40,641 nucleotides of DNA, from positions 57,965,246 through 58,005,886 of the forward strand of contig NC_068988.1 of NCBI RefSeq assembly GCF_001194135.2. Reading direction: 5' to 3'. Under the pieces are notes generated by a model. It was not told where the DNA came from. It saw only the letters and a program-made list of their open reading frames with translations, and did no database searches. Position 1 is the stretch's first letter. The number at the start of each line of letters is the position of its first letter. This stretch comes from Octopus bimaculoides. Lineage: Eukaryota. Both the position numbers and the translations under genes were made by a program. This document shows positions 23,621 to 36,299 of the stretch, in pieces.

Positions 23621-23859
23621 GAATGAAAAGTTTTGAATGGTACAACAATGCACTATAATACAAAAAATGGACTATATACCTGTTGTAATTTAGTTATCCA
23701 TAGTCCGATGATATTTCGGAATACAATTCCTTCTCCAGATATTCTTAGATGGAATCATTGCTATAATATCATCAGACTATGGATAACTAAATTACAACAG
23801 GTATATAGTCCATTTTTTGTATTATAGTGCAATGTTGTACCATTCAAAACTTTTCATTC
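23621..23859. repeat. Near-perfect foldback, 95-bp arms, 49-nt spacer
   Basis: 23621-23715 vs 23765-23859, two mismatches counted by eye; no TSD visible. Confidence 0.92.
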
Positions 23860-24189
23860 CTTAATTACATAATTTCAAATTTTATCCTTGTGAGATTATG
23901 ATTTTGATTCCCAGACTGCATTGTGTTCTTGAGCAAAACACTTCATAAACATCATGTGATGGTTGTAAACAAGCATCACTGACATACAAGTGAGGTTGTT
24001 TGTATGCAGTCTTTAGTGTAAAATATGTGGCCATGCGAAAATATTACCTTGCTTAGAAACAAGCAAGGGTTGGTGACCGGAAGGGCATCTGGCCATAGTA
24101 AATCTGCCTCAGTAAATTTTGTCTGACCCATACCAGAGTAGAAAAGGGGACATTAAAATGATTATGTTGATTGTATACATAGGTAGATG

Positions 24190-24390
24190 CAGGCATGGCT
24201 GTGTGGTTAGGAAGTTGATGTCTCAATCATATGGTTTTGCGTTCCGTCCCACTGCCTGGTACCTTGGCTAAATGTCTTCTACTCTAGCCCTGAGCCAACC
24301 AAAGCCTTGCAATTGGATTTCATCAATGAAAATTGGAAGAAACCTGTCATATAAAACTCTGTGTGTGTATGTATGTGTGTGTGTGTGTGT
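24190..24390 (+). mobile_element. tRNA-SINE (GGCTGTGTGG family) 5' half
   Basis: GCAGGCATGGCTGTGTGGTTAGGAAG...CCGTCCCACTG...CCTTGGCTAAATGTCTTCTACT. Confidence 0.75.
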
Positions 24391-24486
24391 TGTTACTGCT
24401 CCCACTGTCTCAGACTTGCTTCTATACTGTAGGATAGTCCTAGTCACTCTCCCTATACAATATGCCCTATCACCTTTTTACTCTAG

Positions 24487-25004
24487 CATTGTGGTTCTTA
24501 ACCAGGGTCCATATGATCTCTGGGGGTCCTTAAAAATTTTTTTGGGGGTTTATGCAAACAAAATAGTAAATTTGGGACCCACATTAGTTATATTAAGAGT
24601 CCATGAGAAACTTTTGCTTTTGATGTAATTTATGCTAAGAAACAGCAAGATTTCTTTCATCATCATCATCATCATCATCATTGTTTAATGTCCAGTCTCT
24701 ATGCTGGCATGGGTTGGATGGTTTGACATGGAACAGGCTAACAGGGAGCTGTCTGGATTCCAACTGTCTGTTGGATGCCCGTCCTAATGCCAACCACTCA
24801 ACAGAATGTGTTGGGTGATTTTTGCGTGTCACCATAACATTTTACATAGTTCAACTTACACAAGTTAATGTGTGAATAACAAAATAGGAATTTTGGAAGA
24901 AGTCCCTATAAAACTAGTTTCTAAACATTGAATGGCTGTTGGGGGTCCACCAGAATAAAATAGTAATCAAAGGGGTCCATAGATAAAATATGGAGAACGC
25001 CTGC
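24487..25004. mobile_element. Degenerate hAT-like MITE interrupted by an RTE-like tail (24655-24835, -)
   Basis: GTGGTTCTTAACC...GGAGAACGCCTG ends resemble CAGTGGTTCTCAAC-type TIRs; GGGGTCC motifs in both halves. Confidence 0.5.
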
Positions 25005-25369
25005 TCTCAAGAACTGTCACTAATCCGTTTTCCCCTTTGTCGCTACACCTCCTCTTCTCCTCCCAGTTAGCACCTACTCCACTTCCACCCTGTTGCAACT
25101 GTACATCTGTTCTTCTCATTTTACCATCCTTCACCTGACACTTAGAGTCCATCTCTCACTCTCTCTCTCTCTAGTATACTCCTTCAGTTAATAAGATTCA
25201 TATTAGACCTACGTCACAAGTGCTGGTGCCACTAAAAACGGCATTCTGTACATTCTGTCAAGTGGCTTGTGTTAGGAATGGCATCCAGTTGTAGAAACCA
25301 TGTCAAAGTAGGGATTGGTGTATGATACAGTCATCTGACTTGTCAGGACCTGTCAAACCATCCTATATA

Positions 25370-25413
25370 CGTGTGTGTGTGTATGTGTGTGTGTGTGTGT
25401 GTGCGTGTATATA

Positions 25414-25507
<94 letters not shown>

Positions 25508-25681
25508 ATTTAATAACAAGCTTTAAGTTGCACAAAACTTGGTCAAACTATTATTAAATAGTATATGTAACTCCTACTGAATGTGTTGAGTGCCACTTTC
25601 TTTTGTTTGCCCACTCACTTTGTGTGTGTGTGTGTGTGTGTGATGGGCTAGTAATTCTGCCAGCTCACTGCTTTACATATG

Positions 25682-25752
<71 letters not shown>

Positions 25753-25790
25753 ATATATATATATATATATACACATACATACATTTATGT
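25370..25790. repeat. (TG)n, (TA)n and (CT)n microsatellite block
   Basis: Seen directly. Confidence 0.95.
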
Positions 25791-26104
25791 ATATGTAGAT
25801 GTATACACACATACATACTGTATTCGTTTCATCAATGACAACATGTGTGTATATATACGTTTGTCATATGTCACTATGACAGTGTCTTAGTTTATCTTTA
25901 TGCAGTAGACAGAAGACAAATAGATAGACAGACAGATTGGTAAATAGGTAGATTGCTAAATAATGGATGACTAGATGGACAAATAATGAAAAAATGCACA
26001 GACATACAAGTTTGGCTGGAATTTAGTTTATGTAAATTTTTGTGAAGGTTAGCTCTGGGTTGAGTTGATCTTTTTCTTAGTTTTTATTATGTGGCACACA
26101 AGGT

Positions 26105-26520
26105 GGAAAGCTGGCAGAATGGTTAGCATGCTGGACAAAATACTTAGCAGTATTTTGTCCGTCAGTATGTTCTGAGTTCAAATTCCGCTAAGGTCGATGT
26201 TGCCTTTCACTCTTTCATGGTTGATGAAATAAGTACCAGTTATGTACTGGGGTTGATATAATCAATAAAGTCTCCCTCCCCATATTTCAGGCCCTATGCC
26301 TATAGTAGAAAGGATTATTATGTGACATGCATCTGGCCGAATTGTTCAGCACATCAGACAAAATGCTAAGCAGCATTTCTTCTGGTCCCCTACATTCTGA
26401 GTTGAGGTCATCTTTGCCCTTCATCCTTTTAGGCAGGGTTGATAAAATAAAGTGCCAGTTCAGTATGGGGGTGGAGGTGTCATTGTAATCAACTAAACCC
26501 TTCTATCTAAAAATTGGTGG
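26105..26520 (+). mobile_element. Two degenerate Nin/Deu-type tRNA-SINE copies in tandem
   Basis: GCTGGCAGAA..TTAGCA head; GAGTTCAAATTCCGC..GGTCGA..GCCTTTCA core. Confidence 0.75.
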
Positions 26521-26989
26521 TCTCATGTGGAATGCTCCTTAATTGTGTCATTGTAAAAACCATATAAAATATATAGTAATATACAAGACAAAAGGATAAG
26601 GAGTATATATAGTCATAAATGATAGAGAAATATTTGTCTGTCATTGGGCTTCATGGAGGCAAAGTGGCTGAGTTTCTTTCGAGTGTTCGACCTCACAGAG
26701 GCAATGACCAAGACATTTGGTATTATGTTGTGCTATATCCCTTCTTCGAAGACGGTGTGAGAAAATGGTTAAACAATCTTCACAGCCTTGGTTTTTTTTA
26801 TCTCATTCTGAAAAAAAATTTTTTTTATATATACACATGCTGATATATGACCTATGTTGGACTCCTTATTCACATAATCACTGAACCTGGAGCTTAATTA
26901 TGGTCTGTCCATAGCACTTATTCAGCATTACCTGACACATTTGGGTTTTATTGACACCATTACCTCTCATAACCTCTCTCTATATATAC

Positions 26990-27034
<45 letters not shown>

Positions 27035-27570
27035 NNNNNNNNNNNNNNNNNNNNNNNNNNNNNNNNNNNNNNNNNNNNNNNNNNNNNNNNNNNNNNNNNN
27101 NNNNNNNNNNNNNNNNNNNNNNNNNNNNNNNNNNNNNNNNNNNNNNNNNNNNNNNNNNNNNNNNNNNNNNNNNNNNNNNNNNNNNNNNNNNNNNNNNNNN
27201 NNNNNNNNNNNNNNNNNNNNNNNNNNNNNNNNNNNNNNNNNNNNNNNNNNNNNNNNNNNNNNNNNNNNNNNNNNNNNNNNNNNNNNNNNNNNNNNNNNNN
27301 NNNNNNNNNNNNNNNNNNNNNNNNNNNNNNNNNNNNNNNNNNNNNNNNNNNNNNNNNNNNNNNNNNNNNNNNNNNNNNNNNNNNNNNNNNNNNNNNNNNN
27401 NNNNNNNNNNNNNNNNNNNNNNNNNNNNNNNNNNNNNNNNNNNNNNNNNNNNNNNNNNNNNNNNNNNNNNNNNNNNNNNNNNNNNNNNNNNNNNNNNNNN
27501 NNNNNNNNNNNNNNNNNNNNNNNNNNNNNNNNNNNNNNNNNNNNNNNNNNNNNNNNNNNNNNNNNNNNNN

Positions 27571-27607
<37 letters not shown>

Positions 27608-27639
27608 GATACATATATATATATGTATATATTTATGTG

Positions 27640-27850
27640 TGTGTGTCTGTGTTTGAACCCCCACCATCGCATGACAGCCGATGTTGGTCTGTTTATGTCC
27701 CTGTAACTTAGCCTTTTGGCAAAAGAGGCTGATAGAATAAGTACTAAGTACTTACAAAGAATTAATCCTGAGGTCGATTTCTTTGACTAAAAAACCCTTT
27801 AAGATGGTGCTCCAGCATGGCTGCAGTCAAATGACTGAAACAAATAGAAG
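27640..27850 (+). mobile_element. tRNA-SINE (GGCTGTGTGG family) 3' half
   Basis: CCACCATCGC..GATGTTGG..GTCCCTGTAACTTAG..GATAGAATAAGTACT..GCTCCAGCATGGCTGCAGTCAAATGACTGAAACA. Confidence 0.8.
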
Positions 27851-28285
27851 ACTACATACATATACATACATTTGTTTCAAATATTAATTATAATAATAAT
27901 AATAAGGGTAAAATCATAAATGAATTTTACCAAGTGGTCAGTGCGGAAATAAAGCCTCGCAGGTAAATTAATATAAATATTTTATCATTATATACATAAT
28001 TATAACAAGGGCTTGGCTTGCAGTATGTTTTTCTCGGAGAATTTATGGTGGCAATAGTGTCTTCTGACGTCTATTTTTCAGTGCCAAGCCCTTGTTATAA
28101 TTATGTATATAATTATAAAATATGAGCAAGAAGGATTTTCGAGCGCTAAGGATTTTCGAGTGAAAAAGATTTTCAAGCGAGCTAAAGATTTTCGAGCGAG
28201 ATCGTTGCCAGTGCCCCTGGACTGGCTCTTGTGCGGGTGGCACATAAANNNNNNNNNNTGCTAGCATGGAAAGCGGACGTTAAAC

Positions 28286-28322
<37 letters not shown>

Positions 28323-28789
28323 ATACATATACATACATATATACATGTGGCCTAGTGGTTAGGGTGTTGTACTTACGATTGTGAGATTATGGCTTCAATT
28401 TCCAGACTGGGTGGTGCATTGTGTTCTTAAGCACATTGGCACACTTGTGCACCAATACAGGCTGTTTGAGCTTATGTGGAGGTAAACATTTGATCACTAT
28501 AAATAAATCATCTGCGTTGATGTTGAGCAAGAAATGGTGAAACCCTCATTTATCATTCAGCAACAACAAGTTCCATAATACACATATGGTATACACAGGC
28601 CACAGGCAAGGACAGGAGCAGGCACAGCCATGTGGTTAAGAAGTTCACTTCACAACCATAATGGTCTTAGGTTCAGGCCCACTGTCCAGTGCTTTGGGCA
28701 AGTGTGAAAAGGGGAAGCCTAAAGTCAGAGATTTTCGAATGTACTAAGGCTTGAAGATCAGAGGCAGAAGGTTTCCATATTGACAGACG

Positions 28790-29110
28790 AAAAACTGGTA
28801 CTCTGTTGGTTACGACGACAAGGGTTCCAGTTGATCCGATCAATGGAACAGCCTGCTTGTGAAATTAATGTGCAAGTGGTTGAGTACTCCACAGACAGGT
28901 GTACCTTTAATGTAGTTCTGAGAGAGATTCAGTGTGACACAGTGTGAAAAAGCTGGCCCTTTGAATTACAGGTACTACACATTTTTGCCAGCTGAATGAA
29001 CTGGAGCAACATGAAATGAAATGTCTTGCTCAAGGACACAATGTGTCACTGGGAGTTGAACTCACGACCTTACAATCATGAGCTGAATACCTTAACCACT
29101 AAGCCACGTG
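28790..29110 (-). mobile_element. CORE-like tRNA-SINE
   Basis: TAACCACTAAGCCAC head, TGTCTTGCTCAAGGACACA core; body also seen at 1165-1280. Confidence 0.75.
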
Positions 29111-29270
29111 CTTTCCATCATCATTTTAACATCCACTTTCCCATCCTTGCATGGGTCGGATGGAATTTGTTGAGGCAGATTTTCTGACTGGATGCCCTTC
29201 CTGTCACTAACCTTCATCTCTTTCCAAGCAAAGTAATATTTCTAGGGTATTGGTAGACAGAAACTGTAAA

Positions 29271-29505
29271 AGGCGGCGAGCTGGCAGAAACGTTGGCAAG
29301 CCGGGCGAAATGCTTAGCAGTATTTCGTCTGCCGTTACGTTTTGAGTTCAAATTCCACCGAGGTCGACTTTGCCTTTCATCCTCTCGGGGTTGATAAATT
29401 AAGTACCAGTTACGCACTGGGGTTGATGCTATCGACATAATCCCTTTGTCTGTCTTTGTTTGTCCCCTCTATGTTTAGCCCCTTGTGGGCAATATAGAAA
29501 TAAGA
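29271..29505 (+). mobile_element. Full-length Nin/Deu-type tRNA-SINE
   Basis: GGCGGCGAGCTGGCAGAAACG head through CCCCTTGTGGGCAAT tail. Confidence 0.9.
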
Positions 29506-29844
29506 AACTGCAGAAGCCTGTATTGTGTGCATATTGTAGGTACAGGCATGGCTGCCTGGTAAGAAGATTGTTTTCCAACCACTTGGTTTTGGGTTCAGTT
29601 CCTCTTTGTGGCACCTTGGCCAAATGTCTTCTACTATAGCCCTGGGCTGACCAAAGTCTTGTCAGTGGACCTCATCATCAACATTTAATGTCCGTTTTCC
29701 ATGCTGACATGGGTTGGATGGCTTGACAGGAACTGGCAGGGCCAGGAGCTGCATTAGGTCCCATAAGCCTGTTGTGACTTAGTTTCTGTGGCTGGATGCT
29801 CTTCCGTCCTTCCTAATACCAACCACTTAACAGATTGTACTGGG

Positions 29845-30045
29845 TACTTTTTACATGGCACCAGTACTTTTTATGTGACACCATCACCAGTGCTTTTTAC
29901 ATGGCACCATCACCAGTGCATTTTATGTGGCACCAGCACCAATGCTTTTTATGTGGCACAAACACCAGAGCTTTTTACACGACACCTTCACCAGTGCCTT
30001 TTATGTGGCACCAGCACCCACACCAATGCTTTTTACATGACACCT
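29845..30045. repeat. ~24-27-bp minisatellite (TTTTAYRTGGCACCAKCACCARTGC) grown from an RTE-like tail repeat
   Basis: About 8 diverged units directly following a minus-strand RTE-like copy (29675-29845). Confidence 0.8.
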
Positions 30046-30354
30046 TGGTTTTAGGATTTTAATTCTATTGTAGTGGATGGGACCTGGTAAGCAAAATCTG
30101 AAAAGCTTGTCATATATTTTTGTGTGTGTGTGTTACTGTTTCTTTCTCTGATTTTGCATGATAGTTGTGAACAAGTATCCCTGTCATACAAGCAACACCC
30201 TTTGTTTCCAGTCTTTTGTGAAAATATTTCTGGTCATGGGGAAATATCTTACTTTCAAACAGATGAGGTTTGGGGGACAGTGGTTGCATCCAGCTGTAGA
30301 GAAACCACCTCAACAAATTCCCTCTGACTGATGCAAGTATGTACAAAGTGGACA

Positions 30355-30564
30355 TTAACCCTTTAGCATTCAGATTTGTCTGTCAAATATAATATTTTGA
30401 ATAAGCTATGCATTACCTCGTAGCTTCAAGATTTCAATGACATGATTGTTTGTTTTTAGAATGACATTGTAGGGTAGGTGTGAGAGGCTGGACCTGATCA
30501 GTTTGTACATCAAACAGATAGAATATTTAGCTGGATATGGTCAGATTACATGCTAAAGGGTTAA
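30355..30564. mobile_element. piggyBac-like MITE
   Basis: TTAA|CCCTTTAGCAT ... ATGCTAAAGGG|TTAA (11-bp TIR, TTAA TSD). Confidence 0.85.
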
Positions 30565-31808
30565 AACAATGATTTCAATAATGATTGCATTTGCGTGTGC
30601 ATGTGGAAGTTGGCATTTCCACTTCTTACATGAAATCATCGGAGTAAAAAGACAGTGCCATTGTATTTACATGTTTACATTATCTGTCAGCTCCTATGTC
30701 CATGATCTCTGCTATCAAAATACTGTTAACTTCAATATCCTTGTAAAATGTAGGCGTGACTGCCTAGACATAATATTTTCGAATTCAGACACAATTTCAG
30801 TAATTTTGGTAGGATATAATTAGTCGATAACTTTTACCCTAGTACTTGACTGGTACTGTATTTCAACGGACCCGAAGGGATGATTGGCAAAATTTATCTC
30901 AGCAAGATTTATACTCAGAACGCAAGAGCCGGAAGAGAATACAGCAAAACATGTATTTTTCAGAGGCTTTAACGATTCTAATAGATTGCCGCCATTGACA
31001 GACCAGACAAAATCATATGGCAAAGGGAAAAATGTTTAAAACAGAGAAGCATTTGTTTTTAAAAAAGATATTTTCTGAAATAAGTACCTGTCTCATCTAT
31101 GCTAGCATAGAAAATCACCATCATCATAATTATCATCATTTGATACCCATTTTCCAGGCTGACATGGGTTGAATGGGTTGACAGGAGCTGCTAAGGCCAG
31201 GAGCCATATCAAATTCCATAGTCTGCTTTGGCATGGTTACTATAGCTGGATGCCCTTCATGCCAACCACTTTGCAGAGTATACTGGTTGCTTTTTATATG
31301 GCACCAGCACCTTCTATACGACACCAGCACTAATACTTTTCACATGGCACCAGCACCAGTATGGATGTAAAAGGAACAGAGAATACAAATATGTGTATGT
31401 GTATGTGTTTGTGGTGGGGGTTGGTTTAACAACCTTTCATAATAACACTTCTGTGCCTGTTTCTCTTCAGTTTGTAAGACTATGTGTCCTGTGGTACTGT
31501 CATCATTCCATATAAACTACTTCCCAGTGATGCCTTGAATTCCTTTTATTGGTGCAAGCATAGCTGTGTGGTTATGTTTGTTTACAATTAGCTTGTGATG
31601 CAAGACAAAGTGACAGAGACACACATACACACTTATTTACACACACATCTACATACATAAACACATATAATATAAAATAGGCTTATTTTCAGGCTTTTTT
31701 CTGTACCAAATTCACTCACAAGGGCTTTGGTTGACCCAGGGCTGTAAAAGACACTTGCACAAGGTGGCATACAGTGGCATTAAATCTAATAACCACACTG
31801 TTATGTCT

Positions 31809-31847
<39 letters not shown>

Positions 31848-32979
31848 AAAATTAATAATTAATTAATAATTAGTAATTTTACCAAGTAGTTTGGTGTGTT
31901 AAAAAACCACTATCGGTAAATATAAACATAATTAAAAATTTAAGGTTCAGCAAGCATTGCTTCACCACAGCGAGTATTGCTGTTTTGGGAGTCGTATGTT
32001 TTGGTAGAGAAATAGTAGTTTTTGGCTGGTATTTCTAATTTTTGGTGTGTGGTGAAGCAGTAATTGCTGAACCCTAAATTTTCAATTATNNNNNNNNNNN
32101 NNNNNNNNNNNNNNNNNNNNNNNNNNNNNNNNNNNNNNNNNNNNNNNNNNNNNNNNNNNNNNNNNNNNNNNNNNNNNNNNNNNNNNNNNNNNNNNNNNNN
32201 NNNNNNNNNNNNNNNNNNNNNNNNNNNNNNNNNNNNNNNNNNNNNNNNNNNNNNNNNNNNNNNNNNNNNNNNNNNNNNNNNNNNNNNNNNNNNNNNNNNN
32301 NNNNNNNNNNNNNNNNNNNNNNNNNNNNNNNNNNNNNNNNNNNNNNNNNNNNNNNNNNNNNNNNNNNNNNNNNNNNNNNNNNNNNNNNNNNNNNNNNNNN
32401 NNNNNNNNNNNNNNNNNNNNNNNNNNNNNNNNNNNNNNNNNNNNNNNNNNNNNNNNNNNNNNNNNNNNNNNNNNNNNNNNNNNNNNNNNNNNNNNNNNNN
32501 NNNNNNNNNNNNNNNNNNNNNNNNNNNNNNNNNNNNNNNNNNNNNNNNNNNNNNNNNNNNNNNNNNNNNNNNNNNNNNNNNNNNNNNNNNNNNNNNNNNN
32601 NNNNNNNNNNNNNNNNNNNNNNNNNNNNNNNNNNNNNNNNNNNNNNNNNNNNNNNNNNNNNNNNNNNNNNNNNNNNNNNNNNNNNNNNNNNNNNNNNNNN
32701 NNNNNNNNNNNNATGTAGGAATAAAGTATGCAATTATAACATGCGTTTTCTCCAATCCTTAAATTCTTATATATATATATAGTCAATAGATGAGATCCAG
32801 AGATTCTTAGAATAGAAGGTGCTTAGTAGTGCTCAAATGATTCAAGCTTAGACACCATTGTCTTTATAGGGGATCAATTCCATGGGGTAAAAGAATTGCT
32901 GTAAGAGGGATCAGGTCGAGCAGATATAGATATGGAGACAGTTATGTGGATAAACAAATTAGATATATTAAATATACTT

Positions 32980-33021
<42 letters not shown>

Positions 33022-33155
33022 TACACATCCATCTATATAAATACACATAGATATATATTTATATATGATACACATTGGTACCCAATCCAATATAAACTGT
33101 AAATCCAACAGGGAGTGGTTCCAAGCATGGCATATGTATAAAAAAATAACACAAG

Positions 33156-33372
33156 TGGGGTTTAAAATTCACAACAGCTGTTTCAGCTGCATTTTTTGAT
33201 GCATTCTTAGATTACATCATAGCAAAAATCTGCTGTCGGTAGGTAAACGTTAAACATAGACCATATAATCATATTTAAAGTTCACCTGATGATGGCAGAT
33301 TTTTGCCTGATGTAATCTAAGAGTGTATCAATAAAATGCTACTGAAACAGCTGTTGTGAATTTTAAACCCCA
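33156..33372. mobile_element. Inverted pair (33156-33233 / 33295-33372) of hammerhead family C repeat
   Basis: TGGGGTTTAAAATTCACAACAGCTGTTTCAG ... CTGAAACAGCTGTTGTGAATTTTAAACCCCA. Confidence 0.85.
33278..33363 (+). ncRNA. Putative minimal type-I hammerhead, family C
   Basis: AAGTTCAC-CTGATGA-T-GGCAG...CTACT-GAA-ACAGCTGT-T-GTGAATTT: 8-bp stem I, 8-nt palindromic stem III, imperfect stem II. Confidence 0.6.
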
Positions 33373-33387
33373 TTTGTATTTTTCTTA

Positions 33388-33433
<46 letters not shown>

Positions 33434-33776
33434 CTATGTATCACATGCTTTATGCATGACAATGTGAACTATTGTCAGTATACCTTGTTAAATCATTTCT
33501 TGGAAAAAATAACAAAAATAGGCTCAGGCACTGCTGTGTGGTAAGTAGCTTGCTTCCCAACCATATGATTCTAGGTTCAGTCCCACTGCATGTCACCTTG
33601 GGCAAATGTCTTTTACTATAGTCTCAGGCTCATCAAAAGTCTTGTGAGTTGATTTGGTAGATGGAAGCTGCAAGATGTCCATCGTATATACATATATATA
33701 TATGTATATATTTATGTGTGTGCTTGCGTATGTGTCTGTGTTTTTCCCCTTGCAATTTCTTTACAACCAATGCTGC

Positions 33777-33906
33777 TACATTATTTACAATTGATGGATA
33801 TTTGTTTGTTGTTAACACAACGTTTCGGCTGATATACACTCCAGCCTTCTTCAGGTGTCTTGGGGAAATTTTGAACTGGGGTTCTCATCCCTAAAGTATT
33901 TTTCAA

Positions 33907-33968
<62 letters not shown>

Positions 33969-34040
33969 TCACTGCTTGGTGTAGTGGTTAAGAGTGCAGG
34001 CTACTAACTCCAAGATTCCGAGTTCGATTCCAAACAGTGA

Positions 34041-34091
<51 letters not shown>

Positions 34092-34245
34092 GAATAATAA
34101 GAATAATGATGATGATGATAATAATAATAATAATATGAATAATGATGATAATAATAATAATAATAATATCGAAAAACACCTTAAGAATGAGAACCTGCGT
34201 TTGAAATTTCCCCAAGACACCTGATGAAGGCTGGAGGGTATATCA
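33777..34245. mobile_element. Head-to-head pair of family A elements: minus copy 33777-33974, plus copy 33975-34245 with tRNA-like head
   Basis: A-box TGGTGTAGTGG 33977-33987, B-box GAGTTCGATTCC 34020-34031, CAGTGACCTGAAT(AAT)n junction on both sides; plus copy truncated inside stem II. Confidence 0.85.
33814..33859 (-). ncRNA. Putative minimal hammerhead, family A (N7=A)
   Basis: GACAC-CUGAAGA-A-GGCUG[GAGUGUAUAU]CAGCC-GAA-ACGU-U-GUGUU. Confidence 0.7.
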
Positions 34246-34644
34246 TCCATTGGATGAGAAAAAAAAAAGTTTAAGTGAAAATATACTTTGATTTTCTTGT
34301 AAATGATTGTATTCTGTTAATAATTCATGGGGTGCATGTAGAACAGTGTGAATCCAAATGATAATGCATCTTTTCATTCTTATGTTCCAGTAGATTTGAA
34401 CATGAACTATCAGGTTGCCATTGTGTTTTTGTCATTGGAGAACACCTCTTGCCTTTACACGATGAGTGTTCACAACACACGAGAAATCTTCTGGTGTAAG
34501 GCAGACTTTGAGACATCGTAGTGTTTCAGCCTCATTGTGTGTCTCTTCAGTCAAAATTATTTTGCCGGGCTGATGGATCTCACGAGAGATTTCTCTGATG
34601 AGGGAAAACAACGGTAATCAGGTATTTATGATCTAATTTAGTTA

Positions 34645-34985
34645 AGGCACATGGCTCACTGGTTAAAGCATTGGGCTCACGATCACGAGGCAGTGAGTTC
34701 AATTCCCAGACTGGGCTGTGTTTTGTATTCTTGAACAAGACACTTTATTTCATGTTAGTCCAGTTCACTCAACTGTAGAAATGAGTTGTGATGTCACTGG
34801 TGCCAAGCTGTATTGGACTTTGTCTTTCCCTTGGATAACATTGGTGGCATGAAAAGGGGAGGCCAGTATGCATGGGCGACTGCTGGTCTCCAATAAACAA
34901 CCTTGCCCAGACTTGTGCCTCGGAAGGTAACTTTCTAGGTGCAATCCCATAGTCAGTCATGACCGAAGGGGGTCTTTGCTCCTTA
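34645..34985 (+). mobile_element. Full-length CORE-like tRNA-SINE
   Basis: TGGCTCACTGGTTAA A-box, GAGTTCAATTCCC B-box, TTCTTGAACAAGACACTT core. Confidence 0.85.
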
Positions 34986-36299
34986 CTCTTTATGTTCTGA
35001 TTTACCAAAATTTATTAAGAATGAACAAATAGATATGTTATTGAATGTATTCTGTCCTTGTTTGTAAATATTAATGAAATTAATATTTGTTCACTGAAGT
35101 TATAAACAAAAGTCTTAAACTCTTGTTAGAGTCATCAACTTTGTCTGAGGAGACACAGAGATGTCAAAACACTGGGTGTCCTAACGTCCCCTTATGCTAA
35201 TGATTTTAGTGTGTTATAAAACAATCATTCATCTGAAAGGTGAAGTTACAGTTCAATGATGAAATACAACATCGGTTAACATATTTGGATCTTTTCTGTT
35301 TGGCTGCCAATTTTCAATCTCTTCAATTTCTGTTTGAATTGATTTCATATTTGGTGTAATGATGTAGTTTTATATGCTAATCAATACCATGAAATTTATT
35401 TTCTCTATAAATCAATAAATAAAGTGTTATTAGCTTTTAAAGTTTGCAAATTTAGGGTAATTTTAGCAAACCGTAAGCCACAAATATTCTTGCCTGTTTC
35501 CATAGTAACAAGCCAAATGTGAGAATTCTTTTGTCTGTGAGATAGCATGTGTTGATTTATTTATAGTTTCCTATTAAAACACGTCACACAAAAAATGACA
35601 GCTTCTAAATCCTGTTTTCTGACTGGGTGAAAATTGTCAAACTTTAAACCCCTATAACTTTGTTTAAAAACTTTTCTGGAAAAAGCGAAATATCTCCGAA
35701 GATTCAGTTTGGAAAACTACATTAATACACCAATTTTAAAAATCTCAATAAACTTAGAAACATCCACAACTGCAGCCAAACAGAAAGGGTTCACATATTT
35801 ACATTTGAATCTACCGGAAGGTATACAGATTGAATATATAAGTCATGCATATGATGGTTTATTACTATTTCTTACTATTTCTATGTTGTCTGGTATATGT
35901 TGTAAATACTTATCTTCTATTGTATTGATATTTGTTTTCTGCTTTTGTCATTAAAATAACTTTTTTTTTTTAAAAAAGTAAATTCTCAAGATTCATATAT
36001 CGATGACAAGATTTCTAAAATTTGTTTTATTTTTTTTTCTATTCCAGAGTATATTTCTTGAAAAATAAAATAGACCAACAGACAAACAGCACTGCCCTGT
36101 AGTTTCTACTCAGCAACTTTGGTATCTGAATTACTGTTTTGCTTGCTTTTAAATTTATTAAATCATTATTATTATTGTAGAACAAGTAGAAAGATAAATT
36201 TTATTCAATGCATAGATACTGAACAGTATATATATATATATAAAGGATAAAATCAATTTTTCTTTTTAAAGCAGAAAAATTTGTCGGCAGCCAGCCATG

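Noticed and set aside
23700-23780. Complete hammerhead in the 23621-23859 foldback
   Set aside because: CTGATGA is present but no stem II + GAAA + stem I arrangement independent of the palindrome.
30569-30823. 84-aa ORF and its reverse frames
   Set aside because: No recognisable domain or splice signals; reverse frames interrupted by stops.
630-32786. Long six-frame ORFs with X runs or YIYI/CVCV/HTHT tracts
   Set aside because: Artefacts of N gaps and dinucleotide microsatellites.
34130-34245. Type-III hammerhead fold of family A using upstream ATAACATC as stem III
   Set aside because: No stem I can form after that site; the minimal type-I fold explains all elements contiguously.
34541-34613. 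Possible CARNMT1 exon (SVKIILPG resembles VNILVPG; AG..GT mini-exon 34551-34613)
   Set aside because: Stop directly after PG; the phase-compatible frame (QNYFAGLMDLTRDFSDEGKQ) does not resemble CARNMT1.
35496-35509. RFX X-box-like GTTTCCATAGTAAC
   Set aside because: Single motif deep in an intron with no promoter context; expected by chance or TE-borne.
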